Positions 1 through 10,020 of a stretch of DNA of 64,000 nt are shown here, piece by piece. Source of the stretch: a bacterium (GTDB lineage Bacteria > UBA8248); assembly GCA_963692865.2 (NCBI GenBank), contig OY843592.1:1376001-1440000 (forward strand), written 5' to 3'. The position numbers and the translations under genes are program-made. The first letter of the stretch is position 1; every line of letters starts with the position of its first letter. The notes under the pieces were generated by a model. That model saw only the letters and a program-made list of their open reading frames with translations. It searched no databases and had not been told where the DNA came from.

Positions 1-5
1 GAAGG

Positions 6-308
6 TTAGGGAGCAATTATTCGCGATTTGAAAAAAAGTGTTTGTTTTTCAGCAAGGTGTTGTGAGGAAAGACTCATTCGTAATTGGATTTTTTCGTTGG
101 ATTTGCTCGCCTGAAAATACTTTTTCAACGACATAGGCAATTCGGGTGATGTCTTTGCCGAAACGTCGTATTGAGGCGTCTCGGCAGGGTAGTTATAAAG
201 ACTGACCAAACACCCATCGGTTTTACCGTGAGCTCCCGCAAGGGCTATACCGGACATACTCACAAGAAAAAAGAAAACGGTAAGTGCCACTACTTCCAGA
301 CAGCGCAT
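6..308 (-). CDS. hypothetical protein, possibly secreted
   Basis: 100-aa ORF with a signal-peptide-like N-terminus (VVALTVFFFLVSMSGIALA), divergent from the ABC operon; AT-rich, no recognised family. Confidence 0.35.
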   Translation of the reverse strand: MRCLEVVALTVFFFLVSMSGIALAGAHGKTDGCLVSLYNYPAETPQYDVSAKTSPELPMSLKKYFQASKSNEKIQLRMSLSSQHLAEKQTLFFKSRIIAP

Positions 309-547
309 GAAGAAACCCCATGAAAAAACCTGTCAAATTACATGTTTGATGATAATACCACATTAAAAGGGGATGATGAGTCCATTTTATCCCTAAAAAA
401 TACTGCATTGAAAAACAATCCCATCCCCGATAAGGTTTAGGTAAGTATTCAAAAACTGCAACTTTACAAACAAGGCACGTGGTGGTACGCATTCGTTCAC
501 TATAAATGTGGACAGTTATTCAAACCTTATTTTGGAAATAATATTTC

Positions 548-2506
548 GTGTCGGAATTTGCAAACTTGTTGAAAATGGAGAAAATCGACAAATCCTTTCC
601 AGGCGTTCATGCGCTCAAAGAAGTCGATTTCAATCTCGCCGAAGGCGAAGTTCACATCCTGTTAGGAGAGAACGGGGCTGGAAAATCCACGCTCATCAAA
701 ATTCTGGCGGGCATCTATCACGCCGACTCAGGTCAAATCGAAATCAGCGAAACTCCCACCGATATTCCCGACGCCAGAACGGGCCGCGATTTGGGAATCA
801 GCGTCATTTACCAGGAACTGAACCTGGTTCCCGATCTGAGCGTGGCCAAAAACATCTTCCTGGGTCGTGAGCCGGTCTTGCCCGGCGTAATGAGACGCGT
901 GGATTGGGCCAAAGTCGAAAAAGAATCCCGCGCAATCATGGAGCGTCTGGACGTGAGAATCGACGTCAATGCGCCGGTCCGCTCTTTAAGCGTCGCCGAT
1001 CAGCAAATGGTGGAGATTGCTCGCGCCCTCGCATTTGACTGCAAGATTTTGGTGATGGATGAACCTACGTCCTCTTTGAGCGGCCACGAAATCGAGGAAC
1101 TCTTCAAGGCCGTGAATCGACTGCGAGAGCATGGCGTCGGCGTTATTTACATTTCACATCGACTTGAAGAAGTCCACGAGATTGGAGATCGCGTCACCGT
1201 TTTACGCGATGGGGAATACATGGGCACTTGGGAAGTCAAGGAGGTGGAACTCGATTTCCTGATCACGCAGATGGTGGGGCGCACGCTTGATGAGAAGTTC
1301 CCCTGGGCGCCCCGCGAGCGAGGGGAAGTGGCGCTACGGGTACGTGGACTCACCCGAAACGGCGTATTCGAAGACATCAACTTTGATCTGCATTATGGTG
1401 AAATTGTAGGCCTCTCAGGTCTCGTAGGTGCTGGAAGAACCGAGGTGGCGCGCGCCGTCATGGGAGCAGATGCCGTTGATAACGGAACTGTCGAAATAAC
1501 CAATGCGACTAAAGAAAAAGAGGAGATACAAAATCTCCCTCACTATCCGCTTTGGATGGCGCTCGTCGATGTGGTTGTTTTCATACTGGCTTTGCCGTTG
1601 TTCACCGTGATCTTCCAGGGAATTTACGATCCTTTCACGCTCAATATGAACTCACCGCCCCCACTGTTCAGCGCTAATTGGTTTTACGAATGGATTCTTG
1701 GGGGACCGTTATACAACATACCAAACGGCCCCACTCCCTACATCGTCGCGACCGGGTTGGCAGTCATAAGACAATTGGGACTTTGGTTTCTCGAGCGGCA
1801 ATATCATTGGCGCACCTTGGTTATCGACTTTGCGAGTTGGTACGCCCTAGCGGTATGCGCGATGGTCTTTACGAGTCTTTTCACTCAGAATTTCGTTCTT
1901 GAATGGGTCATGATCTGGGGCGGCGTCGCCATGATTGTGATTCGATTCCTGACAATCCTTACCCATGAGCGCAAATGGACTCCAACCCTGGCTATACGAC
2001 GCGGGCTGGGGCTTTTACCCGAGGACAGAAAAACCCAGGGCCTCACCCAAGTTCTATCAGTTGCATTTAATACAACAAGCGCAAATCTCCGCCGCCTCAT
2101 CAAACGGTGGCTGCTCAATCTGAGTCTGGAAAAAGACTTCGTCGATGAGCACATCAATCAATTGAAAATCATGACGCCGGATCAGGAGACGCAAATACGC
2201 TTCTTATCAGGCGGCAATCAGCAAAAAGTCGTTCTCGCCAAATGGCTCTTCAGACGCGCCAACGTGCTCATATTCGATGAGCCGACTCGCGGGATCGACA
2301 TAGGCGCAAAATTCGAAGTTCACTCGCAAATGCTACAACTTGCAAAAGATGGCGCTGCGGTAATGATGATCTCGAGTGAACTGCCTGAGATACTGGGGAT
2401 GAGTGATCGTATCCTGGTAATGCGCGAAGGGCGACTCACTGCAGATATCGACCGAAACGATGCAACGCAGGAAGGAATACTACGCTACGCCATGACGGCG
2501 GATTAA
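548..2506 (+). CDS. sugar ABC transporter ATP-binding protein (RbsA/MglA-like, two NBDs) with a membrane-domain insertion
   Basis: Walker A GENGAGKS, LSVADQQMVEIA, MDEPTSSL, second NBD LSGGNQQKV and FDEPTRGID; ~150 extra hydrophobic aa between GTVEI and TPTLAIRRGLGLLPEDRK. Confidence 0.9.
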   Translation: MSEFANLLKMEKIDKSFPGVHALKEVDFNLAEGEVHILLGENGAGKSTLIKILAGIYHADSGQIEISETPTDIPDARTGRDLGISVIYQELNLVPDLSVAKNIFLGREPVLPGVMRRVDWAKVEKESRAIMERLDVRIDVNAPVRSLSVADQQMVEIARALAFDCKILVMDEPTSSLSGHEIEELFKAVNRLREHGVGVIYISHRLEEVHEIGDRVTVLRDGEYMGTWEVKEVELDFLITQMVGRTLDEKFPWAPRERGEVALRVRGLTRNGVFEDINFDLHYGEIVGLSGLVGAGRTEVARAVMGADAVDNGTVEITNATKEKEEIQNLPHYPLWMALVDVVVFILALPLFTVIFQGIYDPFTLNMNSPPPLFSANWFYEWILGGPLYNIPNGPTPYIVATGLAVIRQLGLWFLERQYHWRTLVIDFASWYALAVCAMVFTSLFTQNFVLEWVMIWGGVAMIVIRFLTILTHERKWTPTLAIRRGLGLLPEDRKTQGLTQVLSVAFNTTSANLRRLIKRWLLNLSLEKDFVDEHINQLKIMTPDQETQIRFLSGGNQQKVVLAKWLFRRANVLIFDEPTRGIDIGAKFEVHSQMLQLAKDGAAVMMISSELPEILGMSDRILVMREGRLTADIDRNDATQEGILRYAMTAD

Positions 2507-2528
2507 TCCGTATTCGGAGGTAAATTGA

Positions 2529-3542
2529 ATGAGCGCCGCCGCCTCTACAGGAAATGAGAAGCTCTTCTTGGGATATTCGGTCAAGGATATCCCCTGGGAG
2601 CGTATACTCCTCATTTCCGCGTTTGTCGTCTTGATGATCTTCTACACTTTTGCGACCGAAAATTTCCTCACCCTCGAAAACTTCGTGAATGTCGTGCGGC
2701 GTGACGCATGGCTCTTTTTCCTGGCCTATGCGCAAACATTGGTCATCGTTTCGGCGGGATTCGATCTTTCACAAGGCTCCATCATGAGCGTGGTAAGTGT
2801 CATGGCCTGGAGCGCGATGCTGCATTTCGGGTTTTTCGTCGGCCTCATTGCGGGCCTCGGTATCGGTCTGCTGTGCGGTGTCATCAATGGGTTTTTCGTC
2901 GGCGTAGTCAGGGTGCAGCCGTTCATCGCCACATTGGGGATGCTCTTTATCGGCAGCGGCACTGCCCAGCTTTGGACCGGCGGACTTCAGATGGGAGGCG
3001 CACGCGAGGGCGCAACGCTGCCCAAACACGTTGAAGAAGCATACGTTTTTCTGGCGAAGGGAAACCTAGGGCCCATCCCCTTCACTTTCATCTGGATAAT
3101 CATCGCGTTGGCCACGATGTGGTATCTGCTCAAATACACCCGTTTTGGCACGTATGTGTACGCCTTGGGTGGAAACGAACAAACGGCCATTTCCGCGGGC
3201 ATTAACTTTCCAGGCATGAAGATCGCCATTTTCGGCATAGGCGGTCTTCTATGCGGTTTCGCAGGGCTTCTTCTTTCAGCGAACGTCAGCGCTGCGGGCG
3301 AACCCAGGCTGGGCGGCGGCGATCAACTGCTCCAGTCGATCGGAGCAACCATCATCGGCGGCACGCATATTTTCGGCGGGCGAGGCGGCGTGCTGGGTAC
3401 GACGCTGGGTGTTTTCCTGATCATATTCCTGGTGAACGGGCTGAACATCATGGGAATCGACACTTACCGGCAACAAATCATCGTCGGCTTGGTGATTCTC
3501 GCCTCCATCTGGGTCAGCACCCTGCGTGAGCAAAAAAACTAA
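2529..3542 (+). CDS. sugar ABC transporter permease (RbsC-like)
   Basis: Multi-TM; GFDLSQGS, PFIATLG, TRFGTYVYALGGNEQTA and IGATIIGGT motifs. Confidence 0.92.
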   Translation: MSAAASTGNEKLFLGYSVKDIPWERILLISAFVVLMIFYTFATENFLTLENFVNVVRRDAWLFFLAYAQTLVIVSAGFDLSQGSIMSVVSVMAWSAMLHFGFFVGLIAGLGIGLLCGVINGFFVGVVRVQPFIATLGMLFIGSGTAQLWTGGLQMGGAREGATLPKHVEEAYVFLAKGNLGPIPFTFIWIIIALATMWYLLKYTRFGTYVYALGGNEQTAISAGINFPGMKIAIFGIGGLLCGFAGLLLSANVSAAGEPRLGGGDQLLQSIGATIIGGTHIFGGRGGVLGTTLGVFLIIFLVNGLNIMGIDTYRQQIIVGLVILASIWVSTLREQKN

Positions 3543-3557
3543 GGGAGATTCAATATC

Positions 3558-4553
3558 ATGGCGAATGTAGCGGAGGCTCCTGTCAGACCTTCTGCCTCCT
3601 TCTTGGCCAACTTCAATTACGAGAAATATGGTTTACTCGTCGTATTCATCATGATGATGATCATATTTTATATTCTCCAGTTGATGGGCTACGTGAACAA
3701 CTTCATCGAAGCCCATAATCTGACCAACCAACTCAGAAACGCATCTCTCCTGTTCTTCATCGTCGCCGGACAGAGCATGGTGCTCCTCGTTTCGGGCATC
3801 GATCTGAGCCAAGGTTCCTTGCTCAGCCTCTCGAGCGTCGTGATGGCGCAGGGCATACTGGACTTCGGCCTTGCCGTGGGCGTGTTGATGGGCATCGGAA
3901 TGGCGACGATTTTCGGTTTCATCAACGGCTACCTCGTGGGCCGCGTGAAGATACAGCCTTTCATCGTCACCCTGAGCATGCTCTTCATCTGCGCAGGCAT
4001 CGCCCTGGTATTCACGGGCGGACGCACTATCCACCAGTTCACGGGCGAGCAAAAAGATATCCTTCAAGCCATCGGCCTTACGGATCTCTTTCATATCCCC
4101 GGCACATTGTTCATCGCCATTTTCTTTTTCATCATTCTCCACCTGATGACGAAACGCACGGTGCTCGGCCGGGCAATCTATCTAACCGGCGGGAACGAAG
4201 AGGCCGCGCGCCTCTCAGGCATAGACACAGGCAAGGTGAAACTCATTTGCTATTTGATCAGCGGCATCTGCGTGGGCATCACTTCGTTCCTTTACCTGGC
4301 GAGACTCCCGGCCACGAACGGCCTCGCGGGATTCCAGCTTGAATTCCAATCTTTGGCGGCCACTGTGGTGGGAGGAACGACGTTTCACGGTGGCGAGGGC
4401 GGTGTAGCGCAAGCTGCGATCGGGACGCTGTTTCTGACTTTTCTGCTCAATGGCCTTATTCTCTTGGGCGTGGGAACATTCGCCCGGGAGGTGGTGGTGG
4501 GCTTGTTGCTCATTGCAGCAGTGGTTTTGAGTTCCCGCAAGCGGCGGGAATAG
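3558..4553 (+). CDS. sugar ABC transporter permease (second RbsC-like subunit)
   Basis: GIDLSQGS, PFIVTL, GGNEEAARLSGI and AATVVGGT motifs. Confidence 0.92.
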   Translation: MANVAEAPVRPSASFLANFNYEKYGLLVVFIMMMIIFYILQLMGYVNNFIEAHNLTNQLRNASLLFFIVAGQSMVLLVSGIDLSQGSLLSLSSVVMAQGILDFGLAVGVLMGIGMATIFGFINGYLVGRVKIQPFIVTLSMLFICAGIALVFTGGRTIHQFTGEQKDILQAIGLTDLFHIPGTLFIAIFFFIILHLMTKRTVLGRAIYLTGGNEEAARLSGIDTGKVKLICYLISGICVGITSFLYLARLPATNGLAGFQLEFQSLAATVVGGTTFHGGEGGVAQAAIGTLFLTFLLNGLILLGVGTFAREVVVGLLLIAAVVLSSRKRRE

Positions 4554-4641
4554 GAAATATGCTCTTTCGGCAGTCATTTTCCCCTTTCGCGGAGGAGAGC
4601 CCTTCGTCCGTGAAACCCATTCTGCGACGAGGAGATTCAAG

Positions 4642-5700
4642 ATGAAAAAACTGTTCCGCACTTTCATGATTCTCGCTTCCGTCGTCACGTTCATGTTCGT
4701 GTCGATGGCAGCGACCCCGGACGCCGACGCCCGGGTGAAGGCGAAGAAGAAATACAAGATCGCCGTCGTCGTGCCGAACGGCGTCGATCCCTATTTCTTC
4801 TCGAAATGGTACGGCAGCGTTCAGGCGGCCAAAAAAGCCGGCGTGACGGTGACCATGTTCGACGCGGGCGGCTATGAATTCCTGCCCAAGCAGGTGGCCC
4901 ACGTGGAGGACATCATCGCGGCGAAGTACGACGGGATGATCATCTGCCCCATCAGCACCAAGGGCATGGTGGATGCGGTTCACAAAGCGATGGACAAAGG
5001 CGTCAAGGTCGTCGTGGACAACATCGACCTCGACAGCGATCGCGTCAAAAACCGCGTCATGAAAAACAGCTACGAGCTGGGCGTTCTCATCGCCTCCACC
5101 CTGGCGCACGCCATCGACTACCAGGGCAAAGTCATGATGTTGCCCGGACCCAGCGGCATCGAGATGGTGACTTCCATGGCCAAGGGTTTTGAGGAATATA
5201 TGAGCCACTACCCGAAAATCAAGATTGTGGCCAAGGAATTCACCAAGTCCAACGTGCAGCACGCATTCCAGACGGCGGAAGACCTGCTCAAGAAACACCC
5301 CGACGTCAAAGGCATCTACCCCTGGGCGACGCTCATCGCCCGCGGCACGGTGGACGCCGTGAAAGCCGCCGGTTACAAGCCCGGTCAGATCAAGATCGTG
5401 ACGCACAACCTCGTCGTCGGCATCGAGAAAGACATCCGTGACGGCTGGGCGCATGCGGCCGTTTTGGCCGAGCAAATCGCCATGGCGAGTGAAGCAGTTT
5501 ACAACGTGATCGATCTCATCGAGGGACGCCAGCCTCCCGGCACGCCCTACCGTGGCGGCACGCTCAGCTACATCCAGAATTACATGGCCTATCAGCACAA
5601 TCTCGACATTCTGGATCGCAGCGGCATCGAAGCGCCCAAGAATTGGATGATCAAGCGCCAAAAACGCGCGGCGAACATCGTGGGCGGCAAACGCCGCTAA
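4642..5700 (+). CDS. sugar ABC transporter periplasmic substrate-binding protein (RbsB-like)
   Basis: Signal peptide; IAVVVP..DPYF, DGMIICP and HPDVKGIY patterns; operon context. Confidence 0.88.
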   Translation: MKKLFRTFMILASVVTFMFVSMAATPDADARVKAKKKYKIAVVVPNGVDPYFFSKWYGSVQAAKKAGVTVTMFDAGGYEFLPKQVAHVEDIIAAKYDGMIICPISTKGMVDAVHKAMDKGVKVVVDNIDLDSDRVKNRVMKNSYELGVLIASTLAHAIDYQGKVMMLPGPSGIEMVTSMAKGFEEYMSHYPKIKIVAKEFTKSNVQHAFQTAEDLLKKHPDVKGIYPWATLIARGTVDAVKAAGYKPGQIKIVTHNLVVGIEKDIRDGWAHAAVLAEQIAMASEAVYNVIDLIEGRQPPGTPYRGGTLSYIQNYMAYQHNLDILDRSGIEAPKNWMIKRQKRAANIVGGKRR

Positions 5701-5720
5701 GTTTCATCCCCACTGAAAGA

Positions 5721-5752
5721 AAAAGCCCCGCCGATTACCCGGCGGGGCTTTT
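5721..5752. terminator. bidirectional rho-independent terminator
   Basis: aaaagccccgcc-gattaccc-ggcggggctttt between convergent genes. Confidence 0.8.
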
Positions 5753-5768
5753 GCATAAGCCGCCTCGC

Positions 5769-6851
5769 CTACAACCCCTTCACGTATATGCTGAGTCCCA
5801 TCCGCCCCGTCGAGCCGCCGGGCTTGGGATCGGAAATCTTATCCGTCTGGACTTCTACTGCGCCATCCATCGCTCGTACCGTCACGGGATAGAACCCGTT
5901 TCCCCAAAAGCGCATGGGAAACGCCCAGACGCTCCAGGCGAGAGGCCCCAGGGGCTTTTTGAGCAAGGCCGGCGCCCAGGGCCGCAATCGCTCTCCCTGC
6001 CCGTAGGTTACTTCCACCTTGCGGATTCCCCGCTCTCCCGCAAACGCCGAACCCACGAGCCAGATATTCGCCGTTCGAACCTCGACGCGCCTTCTGGGAG
6101 CCTCGAAACGGCTGAGCGTCTCGACAATCGCCTCATCCGACCAGCCGCGCCTTTGCCAATAGCCGCCGTGCCCCTTGGTAGAGATTTCGACCGATTCGAT
6201 CCACTTCACGTTCTTGAGGCCGTAGGTCCCCGGCACGAGGAGCCTGAGCGGAGCGCCATGGTCTCGCGGCAGATTTTCCCCGTTCATCCGGACGCAGAGA
6301 AGCGTTCTCGAATCCAGGGCCTGCTCCAGTGATATGGAATCATGATATCCATCCGCCGCGCGGAAAATGACCCTCGCGGATACCGAGCGGCGCACGCCTT
6401 CCGCTACGCCCGCGCGCTCGATGAGGCTTTTGAGCGGCACTCCCTCCCACAAGGCGTTTCCTATCTGGCCGCCGCCCACCGGGTTGCCGATGCAGGTCAT
6501 CGTCGCCCAGGTCTTCTCCTGCCCGAGCGCGCTCAACTCCGCAAAAGTAACGGAAAATGGCTGATTTACCTCACCTTTGATGTTTAACCGCCATTTGTTG
6601 CGGGAGATTCCCGGCGATGAATGGCCGATGCTCTGCACGTAGAACTCATCGTTCGCCGTAACCTCGGGAACGACGCGCGCGGCGAACTCGAGAATATCCT
6701 CCCCGGCTCCGGGCGTCTCGACGGGGCGGCTGTTGAGCCAGTCGAACAGGCGGCCCATCATGGAAGCCCCCGCGTCGCGCGGAATCCCGATCACGGCCAG
6801 GGGCGCGATTCCCGCCGCGGTGCGCAACAGACGGCGTCTGGAAACGTTCAT
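5769..6851 (-). CDS. Tat-exported molybdopterin-dependent oxidoreductase (sulfite oxidase/MsrP-like family)
   Basis: Twin-arginine SRRRLLR, Mo-ligand TCIGN, GNALWEGVPL, HGAPLRLLVPG.YG.KNVKW, GYWQRRGW; start placed at ATG 6851 after GAGGAG. Confidence 0.88.
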   Translation of the reverse strand: MNVSRRRLLRTAAGIAPLAVIGIPRDAGASMMGRLFDWLNSRPVETPGAGEDILEFAARVVPEVTANDEFYVQSIGHSSPGISRNKWRLNIKGEVNQPFSVTFAELSALGQEKTWATMTCIGNPVGGGQIGNALWEGVPLKSLIERAGVAEGVRRSVSARVIFRAADGYHDSISLEQALDSRTLLCVRMNGENLPRDHGAPLRLLVPGTYGLKNVKWIESVEISTKGHGGYWQRRGWSDEAIVETLSRFEAPRRRVEVRTANIWLVGSAFAGERGIRKVEVTYGQGERLRPWAPALLKKPLGPLAWSVWAFPMRFWGNGFYPVTVRAMDGAVEVQTDKISDPKPGGSTGRMGLSIYVKGL

Positions 6852-7352
6852 GGCGCTCCTCAAGGACGAAAACGCCCTGAATTCTACGATAAAACCGCCG
6901 ATTCACGAAATTTCCGCCCGCCTCTCCCGCAACTTCCCGCAAATCCCCGCATTTGCCGTCATCGCGTGAGGCGCGTATCGTGGCAGAATTCCCCTGCGCC
7001 CGGATTCCCCGGCGTCATTTCCCCAGGAAAAAATTGTCGGAAATCTACCGAAAACCCCCCTGAATTTATACAATTTTATCCAATTTTTCAGGAATTATTA
7101 TTTGCATTTTACACTTTCCGCGCCTCGCCCGAGCGGCGGCCCGGTTCCCGCCCTCCGCGCCGCCTTCGCCGCCGGAAAAAACGAAGGCCGGCGGGCGGCC
7201 TCTCCAGCGTACCCCGTCGACGCGAAAACCCGGCGGCGGCAATTGCGGGGAAATGCGTGCAGATCGTTATCGCCGAAGGAAAGTCGATCCTGACCCGCGA
7301 GGGGGGAATGGTTCTCTTTCTTCTCGTTGGTTGTGTCGAACCCTCCTTCCCC

Positions 7353-7556
7353 GGGGTTGTTGAAAAACCCTGTTCCAGGGTTGGGCGGACACACAGGTCC
7401 GCCCCTACGTTTCGTTTCGCAGAGGTTGGTAGGTCAGACATGTATGTCTGACATATCATGCGACCCGTATTATGAAGGCGTAAAGGCAGGGCCGCATGAT
7501 ATGCGGCCCCTACGGTGAGATCCCGATCGGCCCGCAAGGACTTTTTCAACAGTCCC
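7353..7556. mobile_element. non-autonomous MITE-like element with GGGGTTGTTGAAAAA-type TIRs enclosing GTAG-type REP palindromes
   Basis: Left ggggttgttgaaaaa (7353) and right tttttcaacagtccc (7542-7556); internal hairpins gggcggacacacaggtccgcccctac, gtaggtcagacatgtatgtctgac and gggccgcatgatatgcggcccctac. Confidence 0.65.
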
Positions 7557-7658
7557 TCCCCGGTCGGGTTCGGCCTCGTTCATGGGGACTGATTCAACAA
7601 CCCCTTATGCGGTCCCGGCATTCCTCATCGCGCTGCATGAAGCGTTCGTGAATTCCCC

Positions 7659-8324
7659 CTAATCCGGGTTCTCGCCGACCCGGGGGTAGGCGACCTTGCC
7701 CCAGTTGGTCTTGGGGCTTTCATCCATAACGTCATCCATGACGTCTAGAATCGCCGGAACGATGTCCTCCATGATGAAGCGGCCTTGTGAAAGCTGCGTC
7801 CGGCCCCATCCTTCGGCGAACGTCACGCCCCCGTGGAAGACCTGGTTGCGGAGTTGATAAAGCCGCCAGAAGACTTCCCGAAAGACGCTTGATACTTTTT
7901 CGTTCTCAAAGTCTTCCCATGCGCTGTCGTTTTTTTGTTTGAATCGCTTGCTCCAGGCCATGCCCTCCGGCTCGCCGCGCACCCATTGCCAGAATGGTTT
8001 GAACGCATATCGATTGTCGAGAAGGTCCTGGATATGCTTGTTGTAAGCTGGACTCCAAAGAATGGCTCTTATCTTCCCCTTCTGCTTGTTGTCGTGATAT
8101 ATGACCTTATTCAGGAACGTATTGATTCTCTGGGTTTCGCTGGATCCGTCGCCATCCGCGCCGGTCGGATCGCCTCCGTAGGCCGCGTTGAAGGCGATCC
8201 ACAGGCAGATGAATTTCTCCTCGTCCGAGGCGACGTTTCCGCTCCGCTCCTGCCAACTGCGCGCTCTGCGCATGCGGTGTTCGTTATGCTCGCCTTGAGG
8301 TATCTCGTCGCTGGTTCGGGTCAT
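7659..8324 (-). CDS. HEPN domain-containing protein (putative RNase/toxin)
   Basis: FICLWIAFNAAYG N-terminal helix and HEPN Rx4H motif LYQLRNQVFHGG. Confidence 0.75.
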   Translation of the reverse strand: MTRTSDEIPQGEHNEHRMRRARSWQERSGNVASDEEKFICLWIAFNAAYGGDPTGADGDGSSETQRINTFLNKVIYHDNKQKGKIRAILWSPAYNKHIQDLLDNRYAFKPFWQWVRGEPEGMAWSKRFKQKNDSAWEDFENEKVSSVFREVFWRLYQLRNQVFHGGVTFAEGWGRTQLSQGRFIMEDIVPAILDVMDDVMDESPKTNWGKVAYPRVGENPD

Positions 8325-8411
8325 CGCTGCGGTTCCTTTTTATTGTTTGATGAATGCGGATCACGAAAAGCGGTTTCCCCGATTGTTCCGGCGACGGTTT
8401 CAACAGCCCCT

Positions 8412-8438
8412 GTAGGGGACGCATATATGCGTCCCTGC
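8412..8438. repeat. GTAG-family REP-like palindrome
   Basis: gtaggggacgcatatatgcgtccctgc; related copy at 29852. Confidence 0.7.
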
Positions 8439-8488
8439 TTTTTCGTCGTGGGAACACGGGTCGCATGTATGTGTGGGGCGCTCCCGAG

Positions 8489-8532
8489 GAGCAGGTTCCG
8501 ACCGAGGAGGGAGCAGGTTCCGACCGAGGAGG
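8489..8532. repeat. 22-bp tandem duplication
   Basis: gagcaggttccgaccgaggagg x2. Confidence 0.85.
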
Positions 8533-8593
8533 GAGGAACCGCCGCCTACGGAACCATCACGGCGCGGGCCGGGCCTTTCGGCCTCCCCCCCGC

Positions 8594-9379
8594 CTAGAAG
8601 GCGTAGCGCAGGGAAATCCATACGCCGTGGCCGGCGAGGCGCGCGCGCGTTTTGCCGATGAGGATCGAGCGGTCGCTGTCCGGGCGCAGGACGCGGATGT
8701 TCCCCTGATCGGTTTCCACGGCGCCCGAGTCCTCGTAGCGCCAGGCGACGTCCAGGGTGAGCCGCTTGGTGAGCGGTTTTGCGACGCCCGCCGAGACGCT
8801 CCAGGCGAGGTTGATGCTTCGTCCGCCCGGCACGGTGGTCGTCTGCGAGAGGCCCGGAAAACGCATGAGCGTCCGGCCGATGCGGGCGTACGACAGGCCG
8901 CCGCCCAGCCCGATGAACGGGCGCAGGCCGCCGATTCGCGGGAGGTCGAGCCAGGCCGTCAGGATGGCCGAGGTCGTCGAGAGGTCGGCGGTGACGGACT
9001 GGCTGCCCGGGGTATTGCGGTAGTTGGCTTCGCCCTCGAAGGCGAGGTCGGGGCGGTGCGCGACGGCGGCTTCCAGGCGCAGGGAGGGAGCGACGGCGCG
9101 GCCCAGGCCGAGGGCGAAGCCCGCCCCGGCGCCGAAGTCGCCCACAGCCTGCGTCGGATTTCCGTCGTTCCCGGTTCCGCCTCCGTAGAGGGCGGCGACG
9201 TCCTCGCGCGTGGGGTCGACGTCGCGAAAGCGCGTCTCCCGCGTCCAATCGACGCCCAGGGCGGCGCGGACGTAGAAACCCTCCGCTCCGGCTGAGACGC
9301 AGGAGAGCAGGAGGATCGCCGTCAGGATCGGGAGAACGGTCCACCGCTTCGGCGCGGCGGCGGGAGTGCGGTTCGGCAT
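8594..9379 (-). CDS. outer membrane beta-barrel protein (opacity/OMP_b-brl-like)
   Basis: Signal peptide, GFYVRAALG, LRLEAAVAHR, PFIGLGGG, LTLDVAWRY, C-terminal SLRYAF. Confidence 0.82.
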   Translation of the reverse strand: MPNRTPAAAPKRWTVLPILTAILLLSCVSAGAEGFYVRAALGVDWTRETRFRDVDPTREDVAALYGGGTGNDGNPTQAVGDFGAGAGFALGLGRAVAPSLRLEAAVAHRPDLAFEGEANYRNTPGSQSVTADLSTTSAILTAWLDLPRIGGLRPFIGLGGGLSYARIGRTLMRFPGLSQTTTVPGGRSINLAWSVSAGVAKPLTKRLTLDVAWRYEDSGAVETDQGNIRVLRPDSDRSILIGKTRARLAGHGVWISLRYAF

Positions 9380-9691
9380 GGGAGTTCCCCTCGGGCGCGA
9401 AGGGTTTGCGCGCGGCCCTCGGGGGGCCGCCGTCTTTCGGGAAACTATTACGGACTCCGCCGCCCGTCAATCCGGAGAGGGGGACCGCGCGCCTTCGATG
9501 CGGCGCGCGAGCGCGATGGTTTTGTAGCGGCTGCCCCTCCTTGAGGCTGCCCACAGCCGCGCTGCGGGGGAATCCCTACCGGGGAGCGTTTGACCGGAGG
9601 CGCGCGCTCTATCTATAGTCGCATACGATGTTCATGACGGTCATGAGCGTACGCGAGGTTTCCGAGAGGCCCGCTTCCGGTGGAGATACGC

Positions 9692-9991
9692 ATGACGACG
9701 TATGAACGCCTCAACCTCATCGCCGCCTATTTGAACCTCATCGCCTCCTACGGCGGCCTCGCGCTCATCTACTACGGCATCCGCGAGATGGCCAGGGGCG
9801 CCGACCTGCGCGCCGCCGATTCCCGGCGCAAGCACGACGAGGCGATGACAGAATCCGAGCGCAGGCACAACGAAGCGATGGCCGAATCCCGCCGCCGGGA
9901 AGAGGAAGGCGTCCGCAGGCACGAGGAGGCGATGGCCAGACACGAGGAATCAATGGCGTCCCTGCGCGAGCTCATCGAGCGAACCAGATAA
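9692..9991 (+). CDS. small membrane-anchored protein with RRHEEAM-type coiled-coil repeats
   Basis: GGAG RBS before ATG 9692; N-terminal hydrophobic helix, then RKHDEAM/RRHNEAM/RRHEEAM/RHEESM repeats. Confidence 0.65.
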   Translation: MTTYERLNLIAAYLNLIASYGGLALIYYGIREMARGADLRAADSRRKHDEAMTESERRHNEAMAESRRREEEGVRRHEEAMARHEESMASLRELIERTR

Positions 9992-10020
9992 TCCGGCCCT
10001 CCCTCGGCTGAAAACCAACC

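Noticed and set aside
8489-8532. Possible CRISPR repeat
   Set aside because: Only two abutting copies, no spacers and no cas genes
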